The notes: generated by a model from the sequence alone, not told the origin. Numbered from the stretch's first letter, positions 1 to 9,483 are shown. The stretch: DNA of 64,000 nt from Minisyncoccota bacterium (GCA_035627655.1 DASPLI010000001.1:323355-387354), one strand, 5' to 3'. Made by a program: numbers and translations.

Positions 1-1231
1 GATTTTTGAAGACAACGCTCTTTTGGATGAGTGCATGCGTACCGATGATGAGCGGGATCTCGCCGCCAGCGACCCACTTGGCAAGCTGGGTACGCGAGAT
101 TCTCGTTGCTTCTTCGCTGCGCACTTTGGAGGGAAACTTGTAACACTCCTTGCCGGTAATGAGTGCGATTTGCATCTGGTGTTTCTTGAAGTACTGAATG
201 AAGGAGGCGAAATGCTGTTTGGCAAGAATTTCGGTCGGCACCATGTAGGCCACCTGCAGGTGGCGATTTCCCTCGCCGCGTGCGTTTGCAACCGCGTATG
301 CGGCTGTGGCGGCAACGGCAGTCTTGCCGCTGCCGACATCTCCTTCAAGAAGCCGGAGCATGGGGTGTGGGCGCTCGAAGTCGCCGAGAATTGCTGCGAC
401 CGCATTTTTCTGCGCGTTGGTCGGCGCAAACGGGAAGTCGCTCATAAAGGAGTCGATATCATCCCGATCGACGGTAAACGCCGGCGCGTCCGCATGCTCA
501 GCAAGTGCGCGCGACTGCTGTACCGCAAGCTGCATCACGAAAACCTCCTCAAACGCAAATCGCTTCTTTGCCGCCTGCGCGTCCGCATCTTTCTTGGGCG
601 CGTGTATCCAAACGAGCGCGGTTGCCACTCCGGGCAGGGAATAGCGCGTCCGCAGTTCTTCCGGCAGCACGTCTTCAAACGACTCATGCGCGCGTTCCTT
701 GAGGAGTCTGCCAACCGCATGCCGGAGCCAAAGCGAGGTCACTCCTTTTGTTTCCGGATAGACGGGGAACAAGTCAGGACTCTCTCCGCCAAACAGAGAT
801 TCGTGCGACACCTGCGGCAGCGCTTCCGCCTTCTCGACGGCAGGGTTCGTGAGATAGAGCTTGCCGGGTGTGCCGGCAATCTTTCCCGTGAGCTTTACGA
901 GTCCCTCGCGCTCGGCGACCTTTGCCATATACGGCTGCCGGAACCACATCACCTTGAGGCGTCCGCTCCCATCTTCCAGATACGCTTCGGCAGATGGCGT
1001 GCGCGTCTTCCAGGTCTTGCGGGCTTTCGCGCCCTTGAGAACACCATAGAGGGTGACCGTTTCCCCGGGAACTAGACCGGCGATCGACTTTATCCCGCCC
1101 GAGGATTCGTACCGGTTCGGGAAATGGTAGAGGAGGTCGCGCACGGTGCGAATGCCGAGCCGCGTCAGTGCCGCCTTCTGTTCAGGGCGCAGGCGGGGGA
1201 AGTAGGTAGCCAGGGAATCTCGGGGAGACAT
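1..1231 (-). CDS. recG: ATP-dependent DNA helicase RecG (5' part; runs off window start)
   Basis: Manual translation of the minus strand from ATG at 1231: MSPRDSLATYF...LGIRTVRDLLYHFPNRYE, then RLLEGDVGSGKT (Walker A) and QVAYMVPTEILAKQH. Absent from the ORF track because there is no stop inside the window. Confidence 0.95.
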   Translation of the reverse strand, partial: MSPRDSLATYFPRLRPEQKAALTRLGIRTVRDLLYHFPNRYESSGGIKSIAGLVPGETVTLYGVLKGAKARKTWKTRTPSAEAYLEDGSGRLKVMWFRQPYMAKVAEREGLVKLTGKIAGTPGKLYLTNPAVEKAEALPQVSHESLFGGESPDLFPVYPETKGVTSLWLRHAVGRLLKERAHESFEDVLPEELRTRYSLPGVATALVWIHAPKKDADAQAAKKRFAFEEVFVMQLAVQQSRALAEHADAPAFTVDRDDIDSFMSDFPFAPTNAQKNAVAAILGDFERPHPMLRLLEGDVGSGKTAVAATAAYAVANARGEGNRHLQVAYMVPTEILAKQHFASFIQYFKKHQMQIALITGKECYKFPSKVRSEEATRISRTQLAKWVAGGEIPLIIGTHALIQKSVVFKN

Positions 1232-1307
1232 TGCGTCCACAGTATACGCTTCTTAGGTTCTTCACTTACATACGTCATACTACGAGTACATGTCGCGTCT
1301 TTATAGT

Positions 1308-2441
1308 ATGCGTATCGCCTTGCTCGTCGTGTTCGTCGCGCTTCTGGCTGCCGTTGCCGGTAGCGCGCTTGCCGCTTTCCCGGAAACAACCTCTCCTGAG
1401 GATCTGCGCGCAAAGTATCAAAACGGGACCGTGCGAATACTTATTATGCCCGGGCACGAGCCGACGTATGGTGGCGCGGAGCAGAACGGTCTTCGGGAGC
1501 GGGATATTGCCGTACAGATTTCAAACAAGCTTGCCGAGCTCCTGCGTACCAACCCGCGGTATGAAGTGACGGTTGCTCGCGATACCGCGTCTTGGCACCC
1601 TGACCTTGATACGTACTTTGAGGAAGAATGGAAAGATATTCAGACGTTTGTAAAAACAAAGAAGCGCGCGATGGAACGTATGGTCCGGCGCGGAGATGTA
1701 GAGGACCGCTCGTTTGAAGTCGCGCACAATACGGCGGCGACGGATGTTGCGTACCGCCTCTACGGCATCAACAAGTGGGCGAACGAGGAGGGATACGATC
1801 TTGCAATTCACGTACATCTCAACGATAACGTTGGCGCTGAGTTTCAATCAGGATTCGCGGTGTACGTACCGGACCAGCAGTATGGCAACGCCCGAGCATC
1901 GCGGGCAGTGGGCGAGGCAATCGCGTTTGAGTTGAACGATTTCAACGCCACCTCAACGCTGCCGATTGAAAACCATGGCATCGTCGAAGATCAAGACCTG
2001 ATCGCGCTCGGCGCTTTCAATACGGCTGACTTCGCGAGCTTATTGGTTGAGTACGGGTATATCTATGAGTCGAAGATCGCACATCCAGAGGCGCGCTCAG
2101 TAGTGTTTGATGACATGGCCTACCAAACCTATCGTGGTCTGCAGGACTTCTTTGGCGATCCGGTCTCCGGCGACAACACGCTTGCGCTCCCGTTTGCATG
2201 GACCGTGGATTCGCTTGTGGTTGGGTCATCGAGTCCGCAGGCGTATGCCCTTCAGGCAGCACTCCATCGTCTGGGCTTCTATCCACCTCAGGGACAACTT
2301 CTGATCGGCTGTCCTATTTCCGGCTATGTAGGCGAGTGCACCATACAGGCTTTGAAAGCATTCCAAGCAGCAAAAGGTCTTGAGCAGACCGGATCGATCG
2401 GTCCGCGTACGAAAGCAGCGCTCCAAGCAGCAGGGTTCTAG
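1308..2441 (+). CDS. N-acetylmuramoyl-L-alanine amidase (Amidase_3) with C-terminal peptidoglycan-binding domain
   Basis: Signal peptide; ILIMPGH..E, IHVHLN and LVEYGY motifs; C-terminal LQAALHRLGF...ALKAFQAAKGLEQTGSIGPRT (PG_binding_1-like). Confidence 0.85.
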   Translation: MRIALLVVFVALLAAVAGSALAAFPETTSPEDLRAKYQNGTVRILIMPGHEPTYGGAEQNGLRERDIAVQISNKLAELLRTNPRYEVTVARDTASWHPDLDTYFEEEWKDIQTFVKTKKRAMERMVRRGDVEDRSFEVAHNTAATDVAYRLYGINKWANEEGYDLAIHVHLNDNVGAEFQSGFAVYVPDQQYGNARASRAVGEAIAFELNDFNATSTLPIENHGIVEDQDLIALGAFNTADFASLLVEYGYIYESKIAHPEARSVVFDDMAYQTYRGLQDFFGDPVSGDNTLALPFAWTVDSLVVGSSSPQAYALQAALHRLGFYPPQGQLLIGCPISGYVGECTIQALKAFQAAKGLEQTGSIGPRTKAALQAAGF

Positions 2442-2899
2442 CGCGTGTAGCGATTTGCGAGAACGTAGGCGCCTGCCCAAAAGAGGCCAAGCAAGAAACC
2501 AGCGAGGACCTGGAGCGGCGTGTGTACGCCAAGGTCGACGCGGCTGAGCCCGATTGCAAGCGCGCCAAGCACGCAGGAAACGTATATGAGGTAACGGATC
2601 GGCGCTCTGAAATCTTTGGCCAGGTAGCAGCCGATAAGCGCGAGGAAGGCTGCGCCGGTCGCATGCCCACTCGGGAACGCGTAGCCCGTCACTTCTACAA
2701 GCATTTGTTCAGGGCGCTCAACTTTAAAGAGCTCCTTGAGACCGTTGACTGATAAAAGGAGTCCGAGCGTGGCAGTAGAAAGTAGAAACGCCTGCCGAAG
2801 GCGATGCTTCAGGACTTGGTAAATCAAGAGCGCACACACGATCGCGAAGAAGCCTTCCGTGCTTGCGATGATCGTGAAAACAAAGACGTAGAGATCCAC
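2438..2899 (-). CDS. PAP2-family membrane phosphatase
   Basis: KELFKVERP, FPSGHA and SRVDLGVH motifs. Confidence 0.9.
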   Translation of the reverse strand: MDLYVFVFTIIASTEGFFAIVCALLIYQVLKHRLRQAFLLSTATLGLLLSVNGLKELFKVERPEQMLVEVTGYAFPSGHATGAAFLALIGCYLAKDFRAPIRYLIYVSCVLGALAIGLSRVDLGVHTPLQVLAGFLLGLFWAGAYVLANRYTR

Positions 2900-2962
2900 A
2901 GGGAAGAGTATAGCAATAGATGCAAAAGCGCCCCGGAACGAGTCCGGGGCACTTCAAGGTAC

Positions 2963-3889
2963 TTACTGCGGCGGCTGAGGAAGGTGCGGCACTTGCACCA
3001 ACATCGTCGCAATCAGAAACAGGGCGAGCCCTGCATACATGCCGAACCAGGCCCAACGCTGTGAAGGCGTTAGATCCGGACGCGTGTCTGGTTCTTCAAG
3101 CTCGTTTTCCCGGCGTACCGCAGCGACAATTGCCACGATGACGAAGGGGAGTGTGATGACGCAGTCGAAGATATCAAGCCACATGGGCTGGCTGCTGAAG
3201 CCGAGCGCCATCAAGGTTGCCATGGTGAGCCAGCAGCCGGTAATGAGTCCCGCACGCCACCTGAGTGGAATGATGCGGAATTCGAACAGCACCAGGATCC
3301 AGATGTAGAGGATCACTGGCTCTCGAAGCAGTACTGAGAAGACCGCGAGTGCGGTCAACCCGATGTACTTGAACCACTGGCCGACTGCCTGAGTCACCCG
3401 TCCGCCGTCAAGCGGGCTGATGGGCAGCAGGTTGAAGAGGTTCAAGAATGCGCCGAGATAGCTGCCGACCAGCAGAATGTGGGACAGTGGCGTGTCGCGC
3501 GGAAGAACGAACCATGCGCCGAGGACGGCGAGGGTTCCGATCGTTCCGAGCAGCGGTCCGCCAAATCCCACAAAGGCTTCCGTGTCTCGATCCCCGAACT
3601 TCGGCGCAAAGATTGCCGCGCCGAGGAAGGGGATAAAGACGGGCGTGGGAGTGTCATACCCCCGCATCCGCATCGCGACCACGTGCCCCATCTCGTGGAT
3701 GAGGAGCAGTACGACGAAGAGGATGGCCAGCCATGGGCCAAAGAGAAACGCATACGCGATTGCCGAGATCGACATGGTGATGAACATCAACATGGGCTTG
3801 GCAACCTTGAGGAGCTTCAAGAGTTTGGCGGCCTTCGTAAACAGTGCCAGGCCGACAACAAAGAGGCTCCCCTTACTCCGTTCTTGCAT
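2963..3889 (-). CDS. Site-2 protease family (M50) membrane metalloprotease
   Basis: HEMGH and NLLPISPLDGG motifs; multiple TM segments. Confidence 0.9.
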   Translation of the reverse strand: MQERSKGSLFVVGLALFTKAAKLLKLLKVAKPMLMFITMSISAIAYAFLFGPWLAILFVVLLLIHEMGHVVAMRMRGYDTPTPVFIPFLGAAIFAPKFGDRDTEAFVGFGGPLLGTIGTLAVLGAWFVLPRDTPLSHILLVGSYLGAFLNLFNLLPISPLDGGRVTQAVGQWFKYIGLTALAVFSVLLREPVILYIWILVLFEFRIIPLRWRAGLITGCWLTMATLMALGFSSQPMWLDIFDCVITLPFVIVAIVAAVRRENELEEPDTRPDLTPSQRWAWFGMYAGLALFLIATMLVQVPHLPQPPQ

Positions 3890-4029
3890 TGAGCTCTCCT
3901 GTATTGAAAGAGCGACCCGGTACCGTACCGGGTCGTATTACAATGCCAGGTTTATGGAAAGAGTCAACGCATCGGCGTCCTTGCTACAATCTTCCAATAT
4001 TCCTAAGCAATGCCTGGCATACAGGCACC

Positions 4030-5169
4030 ATGATTTCTATGACCGGTGACGAACTTCTCGCAACGTATCGACAGGTAGGCGGACGCATTGAAACGAAAGG
4101 AAAAGTGGAGCTGGCGTCCCGAGAAGATTTCGCAACGTTCTATACCCCTGGCGTCGGTACCATTTCAACGCATCTCGCTAAGCACCCGGACGAAGCGCGC
4201 GAATTTTCGGTCAAGAAAAACAGCGTCGCGGTTATTTCAGACGGTTCAGCAGTACTCGGGCTTGGAAACATTGGTCCGTATGGTGCGCTTCCGGTGATGG
4301 AAGGGAAGGCACTGATCTTCAAGCAGCTTGCAAACGTTGATGCGTGGCCGATCGTGCTCTCCACGCAGGATACGGAGAAGATTATTGAAACCATTATTGC
4401 GATAGCGCCCTCCTTCGGCGGCATCAACCTGGAAGATATTGCCGCACCGCAATGCTTTGAGATCGAGAAGCGCCTCATCGAAGCGCTCGACATTCCCGTC
4501 ATGCATGACGACCAGCACGGAACGGCAATTGTCGTACTTGCCGGTCTCATCAACGGCGCGAAAGTCGTAGAGAAGGAGCTGACCGAATTGAAGGTGGTCA
4601 TTATTGGCGCAGGCGCTGCAGGTGCTGCAACGGCAAAACTCCTGGTGGCAGCCGGCATCAAGGATGTTGTTCTCGTGGATCGTGCGGGCATCATCGTCAA
4701 AGGTCGGGCTGACTTGAGTGGTGTCAAAGAAGAGCTTGCGCACCTCACCAACCCGCGCGGGGTAACAGGCGCGCTTGAAGACGCGATGATTGGTGCAGAC
4801 GTCGTCATTGGACTATCTGGCGGCGGCAAGCTCTCGCAGGAGCACATCAAGAGCATGAGCGCCCGTTCAATGGTGTTCGCGCTTGCAAATCCGGTCCCAG
4901 AAATCATGCCGGACGATGCAAAGGCTGCAGGAGCTGCGGTGATTGCGACCGGACGTTCCGATTTCCCGAACCAAATCAACAACGCGCTCGTGTTCCCAGG
5001 CGTATTCCGCGGCGTCTTTGATGCTGGCATTCGACGCATTACGGATGATATGAAACTTAAGGCAGCGGCAGCGCTCGCGTCTTTGGTTGAGGCGCCCACC
5101 GCCGACGCGGTCATGCCGTCCATTCTTGATCCGAAGGTTGTACCAACGATCGCAAACGCACTTCGCTAA
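4030..5169 (+). CDS. NAD(P)-dependent malic enzyme
   Basis: YTPGV, SDGSAVLGLGNIG, INLEDI, HDDQHGTA, GAGAAG and TGRSDFPNQINN motifs. Confidence 0.95.
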   Translation: MISMTGDELLATYRQVGGRIETKGKVELASREDFATFYTPGVGTISTHLAKHPDEAREFSVKKNSVAVISDGSAVLGLGNIGPYGALPVMEGKALIFKQLANVDAWPIVLSTQDTEKIIETIIAIAPSFGGINLEDIAAPQCFEIEKRLIEALDIPVMHDDQHGTAIVVLAGLINGAKVVEKELTELKVVIIGAGAAGAATAKLLVAAGIKDVVLVDRAGIIVKGRADLSGVKEELAHLTNPRGVTGALEDAMIGADVVIGLSGGGKLSQEHIKSMSARSMVFALANPVPEIMPDDAKAAGAAVIATGRSDFPNQINNALVFPGVFRGVFDAGIRRITDDMKLKAAAALASLVEAPTADAVMPSILDPKVVPTIANALR

Positions 5170-5849
5170 ACGTTTGCTTTGGCGTTGTCGCGCAAGCGGT
5201 AGTCGTTCACAACGTTGTGCGCAAGTCGCGTCGGCTCCGGCAGCCGATGTTTGCGTACACAAGAAAAGACAATCGAAACTGACTCCTCAAGTGTGATTTT
5301 GTGCCCGGGCGAAACAAAGACGGGAAGTACGCCGCGCTTCGTGCGAAGCGCCGCGCCGATGGTCTCGCTGGTTCTCGGATCTCGAAGCGGTGCGGAAGCG
5401 CCCGGTTCGTCTGCAGGATCTTCGTAAATACCGGTCAGTACTTTTTTTGAACAGCCGATAGTTGGTATATCAAGCGTAAGTCCCAAATGCGATGCGATAC
5501 CAAGACGCCGCGGATGCGCGATGCCAACACCGTCGACAATGAGCACATCCGGCTTCTGCGTGAGCAGCTCCCAGGCAGAGAGAAGCATCGGAATCTCACG
5601 AAATGAGAGGAGGCCGGGGATATACGGAAAGGGAATCGTCTCTTTCGTCACCGCGTGGTCGCACAGGTCAAGATCCGGATACCACATGCTCACAAACCCG
5701 GCGAACCCCTCGGTAGAGAACCGATCCATGGAGACGTCGCATCCGCCGATAAGCTTTGGCGGTGTCGGGAGCGGAGTCAGCAAGACTTGCGGCTGGAGCC
5801 GCTTCTGAATCTCGATTGCCTCCGTTGGTGTAACGGTAAGACCGGTCAT
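5166..5849 (-). CDS. nfi: Endonuclease V (deoxyinosine 3' endonuclease)
   Basis: FPYIPGLLSFRE, DGVGIAHPRRLGIASH, VSPGH and RLPEPTRLAH motifs. Confidence 0.95.
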   Translation of the reverse strand: MTGLTVTPTEAIEIQKRLQPQVLLTPLPTPPKLIGGCDVSMDRFSTEGFAGFVSMWYPDLDLCDHAVTKETIPFPYIPGLLSFREIPMLLSAWELLTQKPDVLIVDGVGIAHPRRLGIASHLGLTLDIPTIGCSKKVLTGIYEDPADEPGASAPLRDPRTSETIGAALRTKRGVLPVFVSPGHKITLEESVSIVFSCVRKHRLPEPTRLAHNVVNDYRLRDNAKANV

Positions 5850-5904
5850 ATGCGTGCCACTGTATATGCTCCACTATGGATTTTTTCGTGAAGCGTACGA
5901 AACC

Positions 5905-5933
5905 TTGACCTGACTATACATTTATTATATAAC
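5905..5933 (+). promoter_or_regulatory. Sigma70-type promoter of the ubiquitin-like operon
   Basis: TTGACC (5905-5910), 17 bp spacer, TATAAC (5928-5933). Confidence 0.6.
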
Positions 5934-6045
5934 CCGCCGAGGTATGCGTCCTTTGACACTGCAAAGTACTCATGCTCAAACGCAACTCATCCATATCGGG
6001 CCGGGCGATTGATCCTGTCCCGAGCAACCAGGAGAACGCGTTAGA

Positions 6046-7452
6046 ATGCGTAACTACTTCATCAACCATACGCCAGTCCGCGAAACCGGGCTGCGCGAGG
6101 CTGAAGTGCCATTCGAGCTCTTCACCATTAGCCGGCAGAAAGGCTTCCTTATTTCAGAGGCCGATCTGCAACGAGCGCTTGATGCCATACAGTCCCGGTC
6201 AGAAGGGAGCACTCCTTCGGCCTACGACGGTATCGACGTGCTCAACGTCCGCCGAATCACGGCGGCCGAGGCAGCACCTCCGGAGCTATCTGAAGCTGCG
6301 TCCGACGGGTCGATTCGCATCACTACCGAGACGTGGAAAAAAGGCTACTACGAGGACGAACGCGAGTCCGCAAAGCGCAAGCGCCAGGTCTTCAAGGTCT
6401 TGCGCGAATATGCGCCGAGACTCGGCGTTTCCGACATCGTGGTCGTCGCGCACAACGAGCGCGACTACTATGAGGTGCCACGAACGACACCAAACAAGTT
6501 TTTCGTGTACTTCTGGTGCGCTCCTTCGGGAAGCGCACGTGATCCGATACGTGAATCCGTGTTCTGGGGCCTCTCGGCCGGCAGACCGTGGTCCGCGTGG
6601 CGGCATACCGGTCTTGGCGTGCGCATTGAAGACGATAATGAGCAGGTTGTCGGCGAACTTGTCGGCAACAATCTCTATATCCTCGAGGCGCTGCAATTCG
6701 TCGAATACCAAAACGCAATTCCGATCCTGCGCCATATCCTCGATGAGGTTGTCTTTCAACGGACGGCCACTGAGGAGGAGCGTGCGCAGCGCACGCGAGA
6801 GCGTGCACTTCAGTTACGGCCCAAATTCCGCGAGGCATACGTTGCCGCATGCGGGGGCCGATTCAAGAAGACGATCGATAGCACCAAAGTCGCAATCTCG
6901 ACCGGCAAGCAGAAAGTCGACCAGCTCACCAAAGATCTGGTCACTGCTATTCGGGAGACCGCGGGCGCCGAGCGTAAGCTTGAGCAGCTTGAAGCGGTCG
7001 GACCGTCGACCTTTGAGACCTATGGTCTTGAGTTCGATCGTCTCGTTGAGATTCCGAAGATCCGCGACGTGCGGGTCGATAACGGCGTTATCAAGGTGTT
7101 CACAGACATCTTGTACTGCGTCGATCCGCGCACCAGTATCCGCCACGAAATTGGCGCTTTCCGGATCGACATCTCGATCCATGGGAGCGTTCAGTGGCAC
7201 AACCTGACGCGCAAAGTCGACGGCTATAAGGGGCAAATGAACGCCCCGCATATCTGGAACAACGGAACGGCGTGTCTCGGCAATATGGCCGAGATCATTC
7301 CGGACCTCATTGGCCGATATGAATTCGCGGCGCTGGCGATGGTGTGCATCCAGTTCGTCGAATCGGTGAACGTGGATGATCCTGCCGGCAAAATGATCAG
7401 CAACTGGCCGGTCGCTCAAAGCGCGGGTACGCCCGTGCAAGAAGCGGCCTAA
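6046..7452 (+). CDS. Unknown N-terminal domain + coiled coil + C-terminal prokaryotic E2 (UBC-fold)-like domain
   Basis: C-terminal APHIWNNGTACLGN resembles the E2 HPN/HPH-x-G-x-CL catalytic motif; helical charged segment around aa 240-325; GGAG upstream; operonic with JAB, E1 and Ubl genes. Confidence 0.7.
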   Translation: MRNYFINHTPVRETGLREAEVPFELFTISRQKGFLISEADLQRALDAIQSRSEGSTPSAYDGIDVLNVRRITAAEAAPPELSEAASDGSIRITTETWKKGYYEDERESAKRKRQVFKVLREYAPRLGVSDIVVVAHNERDYYEVPRTTPNKFFVYFWCAPSGSARDPIRESVFWGLSAGRPWSAWRHTGLGVRIEDDNEQVVGELVGNNLYILEALQFVEYQNAIPILRHILDEVVFQRTATEEERAQRTRERALQLRPKFREAYVAACGGRFKKTIDSTKVAISTGKQKVDQLTKDLVTAIRETAGAERKLEQLEAVGPSTFETYGLEFDRLVEIPKIRDVRVDNGVIKVFTDILYCVDPRTSIRHEIGAFRIDISIHGSVQWHNLTRKVDGYKGQMNAPHIWNNGTACLGNMAEIIPDLIGRYEFAALAMVCIQFVESVNVDDPAGKMISNWPVAQSAGTPVQEAA

Positions 7453-7463
7453 GGAGCAGGCGC

Positions 7464-8222
7464 ATGAAAAAGAAGAGAACAAAGAAGCGCGCAGTGGCAA
7501 ACGCTGCGCGCCCATTCGCCGCGCATGCATTCGAGCAGCGTGTCGAATTTCTCGGGCGACAACCCACGATCTTCGTGGAGCGGGAGGCATACGACCGCAT
7601 GTACCATATCGTGGACATCGCCGACGAAGAAGTCGGCTGGCTGGGGACCGTTGAACGGCTCCCGGAGGGCGACTTCCTTATTAAGGAGGTGTTCCTCCTC
7701 AAGCAGGAGGTGTCGCCTTCGCAGACCGAGCTCTCGGAAGAGGGCATCGCGCTCTTGTATCAGGAGCTCATCAGCACGCACCCCGACGGGGTGGATGCTG
7801 CAAACGAGCTTCGGTTCTGGGGCCACTCCCACGTTCGGATGGGGACCTCTCCATCCGGGCAGGACAACTCCCAAATGGGACAGTTCCAGGAAAACGGCTG
7901 TCCGTGGTTTATCCGCGGGATTCTCAACAAGCTCGGCCGCATGGAGTTCACGATCTATCTCTGGGAAGCCGGAGTGGTGATCGTGGATGCCGCGTGGTCG
8001 GTTTGTCTCGCGGTGGATGACAGTGTCCGCAGCGAGCTCGAAGAAGAATTCAAAGAGAAGGTCTCCAGTCGCCGGTACGTGGCCCCCTATAAGGGTCCCG
8101 AACGGGCGCACGTGCACATTCTGCCCGGTATGGGCATGAATGATGCGCACCTTATCGATGATGACTTCGACGGGATGGACGGCATGGGGTTTGGCGTCCC
8201 GCACAATTGGCGGGGTACCTAA
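7464..8222 (+). CDS. JAB/MPN (JAMM) domain metallopeptidase
   Basis: EVGWLG...WGHSHVRMGTSPSGQD fits the JAMM motif E...HxH-x7-S-x2-D; AAGGAG RBS. Confidence 0.85.
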   Translation: MKKKRTKKRAVANAARPFAAHAFEQRVEFLGRQPTIFVEREAYDRMYHIVDIADEEVGWLGTVERLPEGDFLIKEVFLLKQEVSPSQTELSEEGIALLYQELISTHPDGVDAANELRFWGHSHVRMGTSPSGQDNSQMGQFQENGCPWFIRGILNKLGRMEFTIYLWEAGVVIVDAAWSVCLAVDDSVRSELEEEFKEKVSSRRYVAPYKGPERAHVHILPGMGMNDAHLIDDDFDGMDGMGFGVPHNWRGT

Positions 8223-8223
8223 C

Positions 8224-8913
8224 ATGCCCCTTGATCCATTGCGTCATCTCGATGTCTTCAAGCCGCACGCCTTTGGCGGTCGGCGGGTAGACGTTATCGG
8301 ATGCGGAGCTACCGGCTCGCGCATCGCGTTGTCCTTGGCGAAGCTTGGCGTGGAAGTCATCCACGTCTGGGACTTCGACAAGGTGGAAGAGCACAACCTC
8401 GCTAATCAAGGCTTCGGCCTTGAGGACGTGGGGGAGCTGAAGACCACGGCGCTTGCGCGCCTGGTTAAACGAGACGCTGGCGTGCGTATCGAAACGCACG
8501 CTGAGCGCGTCGACGGCTCGCAGCCGCTTGGAGACGTGGTGTTCCTGCTTACGGACACCATGGCTTCGCGCAAGGAGATTTGGGACCGTGGCTTGAAATT
8601 CAAGCTGCGTACCAAGCTCCTGGTGGAAACGCGTATGGGAGCCGATAGCGGCCGTGTGTACGCGTTGAATCCCAACACCCCGTTGCATACACGGGAGTGG
8701 GAGAAGACGCTCTACACGGATGAAGAGGCAGAAGTTTCCGCTTGCGGGACCTCTGTTTCGGTCGGACCAACCGCCGAAATCATCTCTGGACTCGCTGTCT
8801 GGCAGATGCTACGGTGGTTCGCCGTCGAGCAAGGAGGGGAGGATGAACTCGACAACGAGATCATCTTTTCCTTGCGGGCCATGACGATGCTGAATCGTCG
8901 ATTCAAGGCCTAA
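8224..8913 (+). CDS. ThiF/E1-like ubiquitin-activating (adenylating) enzyme
   Basis: VIGCGATGS, DFDKVEEHNLANQ, conserved K, LTDTMASR; candidate catalytic Cys in SACGTS; no Zn-binding CxxC pairs. Confidence 0.9.
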   Translation: MPLDPLRHLDVFKPHAFGGRRVDVIGCGATGSRIALSLAKLGVEVIHVWDFDKVEEHNLANQGFGLEDVGELKTTALARLVKRDAGVRIETHAERVDGSQPLGDVVFLLTDTMASRKEIWDRGLKFKLRTKLLVETRMGADSGRVYALNPNTPLHTREWEKTLYTDEEAEVSACGTSVSVGPTAEIISGLAVWQMLRWFAVEQGGEDELDNEIIFSLRAMTMLNRRFKA

Positions 8914-9012
8914 GTACTTTGCAAGCAACCTGCCTGAGCAATCAGGCACGACGGACTGCCAAGTCGAAAAACCGAGCCTTCCAACCAATCTGCTCACACA
9001 AGGGAGTATCCG

Positions 9013-9276
9013 ATGAGCAATAAGGAAAAAACTGGAACCGAAGAAACGGAAGCCGCCGGCCCGTTCGAGACGATCACCGTTCGCGTCGGGCGCGTGCCCG
9101 GCCCGATCAATCCGATTATCTTGAATGGTCGCCGCACGGTCGCTGACGCCCTCTCGGGCGCCGGCATCTCCGCAAGCGAAGGCGAAATCCGCGTCAACGG
9201 CGATCTGTCGAAGGTCGACGCCGCGCTCAACAACGGCGATACCGTTCTCTTGGTTCGGAAGATTCGCGGCAACTAA
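9013..9276 (+). CDS. Ubiquitin-like (beta-grasp, ThiS/MoaD-like) protein
   Basis: TVADALSGAGI...IRVNG...LNNGDTVLLVRKIRG-N pattern typical of beta-grasp carriers; GGGAG RBS. Confidence 0.8.
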   Translation: MSNKEKTGTEETEAAGPFETITVRVGRVPGPINPIILNGRRTVADALSGAGISASEGEIRVNGDLSKVDAALNNGDTVLLVRKIRGN

Positions 9277-9411
9277 CGGCGCCGCGATCATCCACTTTTG
9301 TCCAACCGTGCATAGGCTGCCGAATTAGCTTAGATCCTCGTTATGGGCGATTGATTCCTACACGAGTTCTTCACGAGCTACGAGAAGTCGAACACCCGCG
9401 GGCAGAGTGGG

Positions 9412-9442
9412 AAAGGGCCGAGCATAATGCTCGGCCCTTTTT
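9412..9442 (+). terminator. Intrinsic terminator closing the Ubl operon
   Basis: aaagggccgagcat-a-atgctcggcccttt followed by a T-tract. Confidence 0.85.
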
Positions 9443-9483
9443 GTTTTGCGAACAGTCGGCTTTTTGTTATTGTCGCTGTATAC

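Noticed and set aside
23-1075. 350-aa + strand ORF
   Set aside because: Antisense shadow of recG, whose helicase motifs are clear on the minus strand.
5972-7207. 411-aa alternative-frame ORF overlapping the E2-like gene
   Set aside because: S/R-rich composition typical of an off-frame read in GC-rich DNA; no motifs or RBS.
8224-9276. ThiF + ThiS as thiamine/molybdopterin biosynthesis
   Set aside because: No thiG/moaE or related genes, no GG terminus, and linkage to E2-like and JAB genes argue against cofactor synthesis.
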